The notes under the pieces are model-generated. The model searched no databases, had not been told where the DNA came from, and saw only the letters and a program-made list of their open reading frames with translations. From contig ACYB01000007.1 in assembly GCA_000175855.1 (NCBI GenBank), forward strand, positions 60,127-92,126: a stretch of 32,000 nt of DNA. The letters run 5' to 3'. Of this stretch, positions 21,038 to 32,000 are shown one piece after another. Each line of letters begins with the position of its first letter. The stretch's first letter is position 1. Both the position numbers and the translations under genes were made by a program. The DNA is from Raphidiopsis brookii D9 (GTDB lineage: Bacteria > Cyanobacteriota > Cyanobacteriia > Cyanobacteriales > Nostocaceae).

Positions 21038-22938
21038 AGAGGAAAAATTTGCAGTTTATTTTGTAATGTTTCTAAATACCTCTTGCGGGGATTTTCAGTT
21101 GCACCAAAGACTGTCACTACTTGGTAATCACCTAAATTTGTAATCCATACTGGGGAAGGAATAACTCTATTACCTTGAGTTCTACCACAAAGATTACCGT
21201 CATATTTATTATTAAATTTTAGCTGATCACTATGTAAAACTGATAGGGCATAAGATTTACCGAATTTTTCATCTCCAGAACATACAAAGATGCGACAATT
21301 TGTGTCTATTGCTTCTGTCCATTGGTCATTTCTAACTATTCCACAAATTCTTAATTGTCGAGAATTAAAATTAACACCTAACGTTTGTAATGCTTCATAA
21401 AAATTCCTGATTTTCGTTCTGAATAATTCTTGAAATTGTCTAGTATTATCTGGTAAGTTCCAAAAATTATCATCACTTTCAGCAATTAAATTACAGCCAC
21501 GATCCCAAGGAGGACGGGGAGAATTACGATCTCGTCGAGAATATAATGGTCTTCTTGCACCTTGACCTATACCACCCAAATGAAACATTAACCAGGTGAG
21601 ATTTTTGATTAATTTCTCTAAGTTCTCTTTTTGAGACTGAGGAATTTCCGGTGAATAGTTTAATGTTAGGATACCTTCTTGCTCACCACATTCATCATTA
21701 TTTCTTTGGGCTTCTTTTTGATTAATCTTTCCTTCTAAAACTCTGACCATTAACCAGCCATATTGTTTACTAGGGTTAATACCACCAAATATTTGATTTT
21801 CCCATTCTTGAACTTGACCAGTTTCTAAAACCCCCAATGCAAAACTTCTGAACCAATAGCGTAACATTGATTTAAAGGCAACTGGGCGAACTTCAGGAGT
21901 ATTTATTGTATCGGGTCTTAAACTTCCATTATTATTTCTTTTGTAAGGTTGGTTAACATTTCTAAACCTCTGTCTACCATGAATTAACTGACCTTCTATA
22001 ATAAATTTAACTCTAAAAAATTCATTGTTATTTTCAAGTTTCCCTGCGGGATTTAATTGACCATAACCAGTGTTTACTTGAGAACCAACACCAGCTTGTA
22101 ACCCTTTTATTAACCACTGTTTGACCTGTTCTAATATTTCCTTATCCTGACAATTACTAGCTAACCTTAACCCTATGGTAAACATGGGTTTTTCTAAACT
22201 TAAAAATGGGTTAGGATTGGGGCTATATTTAGGTGTATTATTATCCCACTGCCAAATATTATTAGCCATATCAACAGCTAATACATTTTGTTTTTGGTTT
22301 GGTAAAGGATAAGCGTCTAAAAATACAACTTTACCCGCTTGATCTTTTTTATTATTAGTTTCTACAGAACCAAAATAGAAGGCAATTTGTTTCTCCGCTT
22401 CTTGCCATTCAATGTTGTTTTTAGCCATGATTTCCCGGATGGCTTGGGTTCTGGCTACACCCCGTAAGCTGCTAGAGGGAATATAAGGAATACCTAAAGC
22501 ATCAAAAGCGGGTAATAAAATACTTTCTGGTCCTCTATGTCCACCTACTCTAATTCTCCAAGGACATTGAACTTTAAAACTTTTTTGGGCTATTAATTCA
22601 GTACGTTCTGTTAGTTGTTGTAATCGCTGGTAATATTTTGACCCCTGTTCGGCCATTTGTAATATTTGTACTTTAGTGGGGTCCTTATAATCATGATTGG
22701 GCGATGCAGTTCGCATCCAACGCAAATACTCTACAAAACTAGCATCTGTATGTGGTTTAGGTTCATTGTCTGCATCTAACCAGGGAGACGGAATAGCAGG
22801 TTGATTACCGCCGTTACCACCGTTATTATTTCCTCCATTGCCACGATTACCGCCACCACGACCACCTCTATTATCATTAGCTGGAGGATTATTTATATTA
22901 GGTCTTTCAAATACCATAATCTCATTCTCCTTTAACAT
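21034..22938 (-). CDS. Large RAMP protein of type III-B effector complex; apparent Cmr6-like + Cmr1-like fusion with a Gly/Asn/Arg-rich N-terminal region
   Basis: 634 aa. First half: SFKVQCPWRIRVGGHRGPESILLPAFDALGIPYIPSSSLRGVARTQAIREI (RAMP G-loop region, Cmr6-like). Second half: FIIEGQLIHGRQRF..TPEVRPVAFKSMLRYWFRSFALGV..FGG..YGWLMVRV (Cmr1-like). No separate cmr1 or cmr6 is seen in the operon. Confidence 0.78.
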   Translation of the reverse strand: MLKENEIMVFERPNINNPPANDNRGGRGGGNRGNGGNNNGGNGGNQPAIPSPWLDADNEPKPHTDASFVEYLRWMRTASPNHDYKDPTKVQILQMAEQGSKYYQRLQQLTERTELIAQKSFKVQCPWRIRVGGHRGPESILLPAFDALGIPYIPSSSLRGVARTQAIREIMAKNNIEWQEAEKQIAFYFGSVETNNKKDQAGKVVFLDAYPLPNQKQNVLAVDMANNIWQWDNNTPKYSPNPNPFLSLEKPMFTIGLRLASNCQDKEILEQVKQWLIKGLQAGVGSQVNTGYGQLNPAGKLENNNEFFRVKFIIEGQLIHGRQRFRNVNQPYKRNNNGSLRPDTINTPEVRPVAFKSMLRYWFRSFALGVLETGQVQEWENQIFGGINPSKQYGWLMVRVLEGKINQKEAQRNNDECGEQEGILTLNYSPEIPQSQKENLEKLIKNLTWLMFHLGGIGQGARRPLYSRRDRNSPRPPWDRGCNLIAESDDNFWNLPDNTRQFQELFRTKIRNFYEALQTLGVNFNSRQLRICGIVRNDQWTEAIDTNCRIFVCSGDEKFGKSYALSVLHSDQLKFNNKYDGNLCGRTQGNRVIPSPVWITNLGDYQVVTVFGATENPRKRYLETLQNKLQIFPL

Positions 22939-23317
22939 CTGCGTAAATTGCTGTTGCCCAAAAACTAAATTCCTGCGCTAAAGCTAATCCCAAACCTGTT
23001 AAACCTAAATAATCATCTGTACTCACATTCTTTAAAGTTTCTAAACCCTGTTGTCCAGATAAATTCTGTCTTCCTGAAATAGTTTGTAAACATTCAAAGA
23101 ATTTTTGTACTACTTGTTTTTTGCCCATCATTCCATCAGGTAATGCCATTTCTTCAGCTTTTAATCGCATTATTCCCCAAGTGGAAAGATAGGTATATAG
23201 TTCCACTGCTTGACTTTTTTGTTGTTTTAAACGAGTGTCATCTTGATTGGGTAAATTACGCAAAGTATTCAAAGCATCATAAATTGGTGTAGCAATTGTT
23301 CTAGGGTCAAATGTCAT
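22922..23317 (-). CDS. cmr5: Type III-B small subunit Cmr5
   Basis: 131 aa, helical, positioned between cmr4 and the fused RAMP. Contains YTYLSTWGIMRLKAEEM and LGLALAQEFSFWATAIYAD. Confidence 0.8.
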   Translation of the reverse strand: MTFDPRTIATPIYDALNTLRNLPNQDDTRLKQQKSQAVELYTYLSTWGIMRLKAEEMALPDGMMGKKQVVQKFFECLQTISGRQNLSGQQGLETLKNVSTDDYLGLTGLGLALAQEFSFWATAIYADVKGE

Positions 23318-23319
23318 AA

Positions 23320-24116
23320 TTAATCCTTATTTTGTATCCATTGTTGAACAAAACCGCGTCCTAAACTTTCTTGTCCTCCTATTTGTAATATTTCCTTATC
23401 TGCTAACAAATTTTTAAAATCTTCTTGATAAGATTGTTCAGATTCTTTATTAGCTTGTGATGTGATTCCCCAAGGTAAATACATTAATGTATCCGGTGGA
23501 ATTGCTTCTTCATAACGGAAACCACCATCTACTGATTTATGGTCATCAAGTTTAATTTTTACTTGTCTCCATAAACTCATTTGAATTAATGTGGCACAAT
23601 GTTTATCTGGTAATACTAATAACCGATTTAGAGAAACAGTGCTATCATGTTTTGGTACAAATTGTTGTAAATTATTTCCTGGTTGTAATTGTTTTGCTCT
23701 AATAATTGCATCTTTTAGATAAACCGCAGCATTATTATTAAAGTTACAACTATATTCTGAAGGTATTGGTGTTGGTGATTCATCACCTTGTAAACGTTGC
23801 CAACGTTGTAATAAAAGAGGACAACTTACCCAAACTACACTATGACTTAATGACGGTACTGGCAACCATAATATAGAAGCATCCCCAATCCAAATATTAC
23901 CCTGTTTTAATTGTTGAGCATCTTTTAAGTCGTTGCCAAATAGTTCATCTTTTAGGTTTTGATCTGTAGCTAATGAACGCAATTTACCTCGCACTGTACT
24001 AGACGGAACATAGGGTAAATTAGTATGTGATTCACGGGCAATTCCTAATAAGTTACCCTCTTGAGTTGTGCCACCTGTATGTAATGGTGAAAGTAGATAT
24101 AAATAGATGTATTCCA

Positions 24117-24117
<1 letters not shown>
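23320..24117 (-). CDS. cmr4: Type III-B backbone RAMP Cmr4
   Basis: 265 aa. YLYLLSPLHTGGTTQEGNLLGIARESHTNLPYVPSSTVRGKLRS..ELFGND and GGQESLGRGFVQ (glycine-rich loop). Confidence 0.92.
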
Positions 24118-28244
<4,127 letters not shown>

Positions 28245-28490
28245 CAGTGATTCCCCTATCTAGCTGATGTTTGTATTGTAATGGCGGGATTTAGTATTTG
28301 TCTATTAATTGACAATATTTAATTTTCAATATAAATCAGCTTGAAATCTTTTGTTTATAAGCCTTTGGGCTGTTTGTTTGGTTTTATCAAGAATATTTTT
28401 TATTTTTTGACATTAATTGCAAATTGTGTATTCTTATCCCGATTTGTTCATACCCAGATTTTATTAGCTTAACCGACAGAAGACAGAAAC

Positions 28491-28517
28491 CCCACATCTC
28501 ACTCTTAGGAGCGTGGG
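28491..28517. other. Hairpin CCCACATCTCACTCTTAGGAGCGTGGG, resembling the right-end hairpin seen next to cyanobacterial IS200/IS605 tnpB genes; possible transposon scar
   Basis: CCCAC/GTGGG outer stem and CTC/GAG inner stem. The IS relation is by resemblance only. Confidence 0.3.
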
Positions 28518-28542
28518 ATGAATGACGCGTGAGTTGACGACA

Positions 28543-28657
28543 GTTCCCTGACTGATGTGCGTAGCACCAAGGAAGGGAACGGAAAGGCTTTGCGTCTATA
28601 TTTTGTCGTTAAAACTAGATGTACGGTCACTGACCGACCTTCCCTTCGAGACAAAAT
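28543..28657. other. Structured non-coding region between cas2 and cas10
   Basis: ATTTTGTC (28600-28607)/GACAAAAT (28650-28657) perfect 8-bp inverted repeat enclosing CGGTC-act-GACCG (28624-28636). Also GTTCCC (28543-28548)/GGGAAC (28575-28580), with alternative pairing AAGGGAA (28573-28579)/TTCCCTT (28640-28646). Confidence 0.45.
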
Positions 28658-28741
28658 CATTCAAAACCAGCAACTAAAAACCCTGAAACCCTTCATTTTC
28701 CCTGACCTTCGGCCAACGCCACACTTTAGTATCAGAAATCA

Positions 28742-29023
28742 CTAAACAATAATCGAACCCGGAGGTTCAATCACAGGAACACCCATCCCCCAAATTTCCA
28801 CCTGGGTAAGAGTATGTCTCGATAAAGGATAAAACCTAACATTATCCTCCTCCAACTTGACAATTTTCCTTAACCGACAACGTAAATCATTGTACTTTTT
28901 CGTATTTAACTGACATTCAAACACAGAATACTGTACGCGCTGACCATATCCTTCTAATAAATCAGCTATTTTTTTACGTCTTTTATCATTAGGAATATCG
29001 TAGGAAATCACATACAAAAACAT
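28742..29023 (-). CDS. cas2: CRISPR-associated endoribonuclease Cas2 (ORF open from 29047; start at MFLYVISYDIP preferred)
   Basis: MFLYVISYDIPNDKRRKKIADLLEGYGQRVQYSVFECQL..RFYPLS is a canonical Cas2. Confidence 0.95.
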   Translation of the reverse strand: MFLYVISYDIPNDKRRKKIADLLEGYGQRVQYSVFECQLNTKKYNDLRCRLRKIVKLEEDNVRFYPLSRHTLTQVEIWGMGVPVIEPPGSIIV

Positions 29024-29043
29024 AACACAAATATCAGAAAAAA

Positions 29044-30032
29044 TCAATCAATTTGATATGGTTTATAATGATGACTAGGATTATAAACAAACTGTTTATA
29101 ATTCCTAACTTGTTGAGTTAATAAATCCCACTTTGGTTGTTTTCCATCATTAGTTTGTATTTCTTCCGTCATCCTTTGTAAAAACCCCCGTAAAAACTTT
29201 TTCCTACCTGAATCGTTTAAATAACACCCCCCATTTTTAAATTGAAAATCTCCTTTAACATCCATAATATTCCGATTAATTAACCACATTACTAACGAGT
29301 CTACCAACGGTGCGCGGAACTCCTCAATTAAATCAGAAGCTAAGGCCGCATGACCATCATTTGCCTGGTGTAAACAAGCATAATAGGGGTCTAGTCCCTG
29401 AACTTCAATTAATGCTAAAAGATGATTCCAAAGCACTTGATACCCAAAACTTAACATCGCATTTACCGGGTTTCCCGGTGGACGACGACTACGACCAGAA
29501 AACACAAAATCAGGGTTAGTCAAACATTCACTAAAAACAGAGAAATATTGAGCAGCACCAGTACCTTCAAAACCCATTAACCGTTCCCATGTATCAGCCT
29601 GTACCGCTTGTTCTGCTAAATAATCTAAACTTTGTAATGTCCTTTCTAACGTCTCAGACTCTCTTTTTTTTCTTTGTCTCCTTAATAAAATTCTACTATT
29701 TTCAACTTACCTTTGACAATTGCTCTAGCTGTAATTAACCTGTCTACAGGGGATAATTCTTGTTGATAACGTGATAACTGTCTATAACCCCTAGAAATTG
29801 GTAAAATTCTGCCGTAGCAGTAACCCATCCTTGATAAATAGGCAATGGGAATATCACGCCATAAACAAGCACGGATGACTTGGGTGGTTATTTGCGATCG
29901 CCCAAAAATTAAAATCTGTTCCAACAAAGGTAACTGTACTTCAACATGTACAGTGTCACCCTGTTTAACAATCAAAGTTTCCTTTTGTAAACATACATAA
30001 CAATTTTGCTCAGAAATATAAAGGGTCTGCAT
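29044..30032 (-). CDS. cas1: CRISPR-associated integrase Cas1, apparent 1-nt deletion near 29703
   Basis: N-terminal ORF 29682..30044 (MQTLYISEQNCYVCLQKETLIVKQG..LPLLEQILIFGRSQITTQVIRACLWRDIPIAYLS) and C-terminal ORF 29044..29577 (MGFEGTGAAQYF..LHQANDGHAALASDLIEEFRAPLVDS). Restoring one base bridges them: RAIVKGKLENSRILLRRQRKKRESETLERTLQSLDYLAEQAVQADTWERLMGFEG. The result is about 329 aa from MQTLYIS. Confidence 0.93.
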
Positions 30033-30304
30033 TAACGCCACCAACGTTGTAAATTGGATTTTCGGGAACGCTGCTCACTTTCAGTACCAGATGTTAACTC
30101 TGCATTTTGCTCTAGTTCTAACCACAACACAATTCTATCCGCTATACTGCAAACTAAATAAGTAGAAAAAGTTACCAACAAAGTATTAATAATCACAGCA
30201 GCTAACCCCAAGGGTGCAATGAGCAGAATCACCAAAGTAATACCACCATTAACAGTAGAGACAGAAACATTTCTGACAGTAGCAAAACGTCGAGAAATAT
30301 ACAT
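30032..30304 (-). CDS. Small two-helix membrane-like protein, Csx18-like CRISPR-associated protein
   Basis: 90 aa. MYISRRFATVRNVSVSTVNGGITLVILLIAPLGLAAVIINTLLVTFSTYLVCSIADRIVLW. Its TAA stop overlaps the cas1 ATG (TAATG), implying translational coupling. The Csx18 assignment is recalled family resemblance. Confidence 0.65.
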   Translation of the reverse strand: MYISRRFATVRNVSVSTVNGGITLVILLIAPLGLAAVIINTLLVTFSTYLVCSIADRIVLWLELEQNAELTSGTESEQRSRKSNLQRWWR

Positions 30305-30470
30305 AATGTGAAAAAACTTGACATAAAAGTGATGGCCTTGACTAGCATAACTTTGGAGTTACCGAAAAACCAGGAAAAGAAGATAAACTAAATTATTACT
30401 ATAATTGTTTAAAAACCTATACTAGTAGTACTTACAGCCAAATTCTGAAAACTGGCTAAATATTTTCTTT

Positions 30471-31688
30471 TTGTACATTTCATTAACAAAATTATTCTTA
30501 CAATGCCAAAAAAACCTAAGTCATCCTTATACAGAACCTTTAGCATTTGAACGTTTATTACTGTTAATTGCTACCCTACTCAAATATCCGGGTGTGGGGA
30601 GTCCAGATTTCCTAGAATTTAGTAATAATAAAAATCATGACGCAATTGGTGTCGTTAAAATATATCTACAACAACTAGCCAAGAATTTAAATATAAAATT
30701 ACCAGATAATTATCCCGCAGTGGACACATTACGTAAAGATTTAAAAACCCTTAGACGCTACGGTATCCTTGATCAAAGAATGTATCGTTGGGGATATTAT
30801 TTAGGCACTGGTGCTTTGTCTATTACTGAACTTAAAGTAGCATTTAACACTTTAGCTTCCCAAGCACAATATCAAGGCGATGCCCAAACAAGACGCATTT
30901 ATGAAACTTTAAGTAAAAGACTGCGGAGTTTGGATAGGGAACTCAAGGGAGAATTTTTTTATCCTATCCGTCAACATCTGAATCGTGCCATAATTCACAC
31001 AGACCCGGAAGAAATGGCAGCAAAAGGAGAAAACAGAGATACGTTATTTCATCAATTACCATTATTAGAACAGGCCATAAGTCAAGGACAAGCCATCGAA
31101 ATTTCTCGTAGTAAAAGTTTCTATGGTTCTGGTAATATTGGTAGATTTCAGGTATTTCCATTACAATTAATTTACCATGATATTGCCTGGTATTTACTGT
31201 ATGAGCTCTGTGAAGGTGGACATTTAGTAATGGGGCGTATTAATCGCTTTAATAGTTATTGTTCCCTAGTTAAAATACCAGCACGGGGAATAGAAAAACA
31301 AAGAGAAAGTTTAGCTAAAGCCTATCAACTATTGGAAAATGGTTGGGGTTTAAATTTAGGTGAACCTGAACCACAACAGTTAGAATTAGCGGGAAATCTT
31401 AAATTTATTGAAGTTGAGGTACGTTTTTATCCTCCCATATCCAACTTTATTGTAGAAGGAGAGCGTCGTCATCCCAATCAAAAAATTGTAGTCGGAGAAC
31501 CCGATAAAAACACTGGGGAATACAAATTTATAGAATATTCTATAAAATTACCGCCACGTTCTTTAAATGAATTTATACAATGGGTTTATCGTTATATGGA
31601 TAAGGCACAAATATTGTCACCACCAGAATTAATAAAACAACATCATCAGCTTGCACAAAATTTATATAATCGTTATCAGAAGGTTTAA
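30471..31688 (+). CDS. WYL-domain-like CRISPR-associated putative transcriptional regulator, divergent from the cas operon (resembles the TIGR03985-type cyanobacterial family)
   Basis: 405 aa. N-terminal LRKDLKTLRRYGILDQRMYRWGYYLGTGAL (wHTH-like). Central RFQVFPLQLIYHDIAWYLLYELCEGGHLVMGRINRF resembles a WYL domain. Located divergently from csx18-like/cas1. Confidence 0.65.
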   Translation: MYISLTKLFLQCQKNLSHPYTEPLAFERLLLLIATLLKYPGVGSPDFLEFSNNKNHDAIGVVKIYLQQLAKNLNIKLPDNYPAVDTLRKDLKTLRRYGILDQRMYRWGYYLGTGALSITELKVAFNTLASQAQYQGDAQTRRIYETLSKRLRSLDRELKGEFFYPIRQHLNRAIIHTDPEEMAAKGENRDTLFHQLPLLEQAISQGQAIEISRSKSFYGSGNIGRFQVFPLQLIYHDIAWYLLYELCEGGHLVMGRINRFNSYCSLVKIPARGIEKQRESLAKAYQLLENGWGLNLGEPEPQQLELAGNLKFIEVEVRFYPPISNFIVEGERRHPNQKIVVGEPDKNTGEYKFIEYSIKLPPRSLNEFIQWVYRYMDKAQILSPPELIKQHHQLAQNLYNRYQKV

Positions 31689-31776
31689 TATTAAAAACCC
31701 TAAAGAGAAATTTTCAGGGGGAAACTTCATAAGAATTTAATCATCAACTTTGTAATCGGGCGATCCTTCCTATCCT

Positions 31777-31848
31777 TGGGATGCAGCAGAGTATCTGGAA
31801 ACAAAAGAAGATATTGAACATGCTATAAACAATACGTTTATATTATGA
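31777..31848 (+). pseudogene. Possible remnant of a HigA-type addiction module antidote N-terminus
   Basis: The plus-strand frame reads DPSYPWDAAEYLETKEDIEHAINNTFIL*, like the N-terminal (F)DAAEYLxTxEDIxxYL signature of antidote proteins. No upstream start is clear and the frame stops after ~24 codons. Confidence 0.4.
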
Positions 31849-32000
31849 AGTCTCTTGACTCATAATAAAGTGAGTGCGACTGCACTGCACTCGCACTTGC
31901 GCGATCGCCGTTTTTAAAAACTCACACCTACCCTCCCATACCCGGAAGCCCATACTACATATATCAAAATCCCTAAGCAGAACATTACATTCTTATGCAT

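Noticed and set aside
20849-21143. Short plus-strand ORFs over the CARF effector start
   Set aside because: Overlap the coding start region of a strongly supported minus-strand gene.
28543-28657. Group II intron fragment
   Set aside because: The GTGCG string at 28557-28561 and the hairpins were suggestive, but no recognisable domain V (AGC..GTAT) or intron ORF is present.
28557-28745. 62 aa plus-strand ORF between cas2 and cas10
   Set aside because: No recognisable domain; the region is better described by its inverted repeats. Kept only as a structured non-coding region.
29044-30044. Reverse transcriptase-Cas1 fusion
   Set aside because: The reconstructed Cas1 is only ~329 aa and starts at a normal Cas1 N-terminus; no RT motifs (YADD) are adjacent.
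28245-32000. CRISPR array
   Set aside because: I looked for regularly spaced 30-37 nt direct repeats next to cas1/cas2 and in all intergenic regions and saw none. The array and cas6 must lie outside the window or at another locus.

Overview
The window is a 32 kb segment of a cyanobacterial, probably filamentous/Nostocales-type, chromosome. Supporting signs are the split rpoC1/rpoC2, about 10 HIP1 GCGATCGC octamers and heptamer-type short repeats. The left ~19 kb is mostly housekeeping: hslO, a usp-family gene, hisD, rpsT, a tatD-family gene, rpoB-rpoC1-rpoC2, a GIY-YIG-like ORF, htpG and sodB. The right ~12 kb is a type III-B (Cmr) CRISPR-Cas locus on the minus strand. Its order is csx18-like membrane ORF, cas1, cas2, a ~500 nt structured gap, cas10/cmr2, cmr3, cmr4, cmr5, a large double RAMP (apparent Cmr6+Cmr1 fusion with a Gly/Asn/Arg-rich N-terminus), and a CARF-like effector. 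A WYL-like regulator gene is divergent on the plus strand. No CRISPR array or cas6 is visible. The supplied ORF track splits several genes that can be rejoined by reading across single-base indels. These are rpoC1, rpoC2, cas10 (two sites), cas1, the CARF effector and the ORF at the left edge. Rejoining the effector adds a downstream domain with an RNKIIH (Rx4H) HEPN ribonuclease motif, giving a Csx1/Csm6-like CARF-HEPN protein of about 508 aa. Because rpoC1 and rpoC2 are essential and show the same type of lesion, the frameshifts most likely reflect sequencing or assembly error rather than real inactivation.
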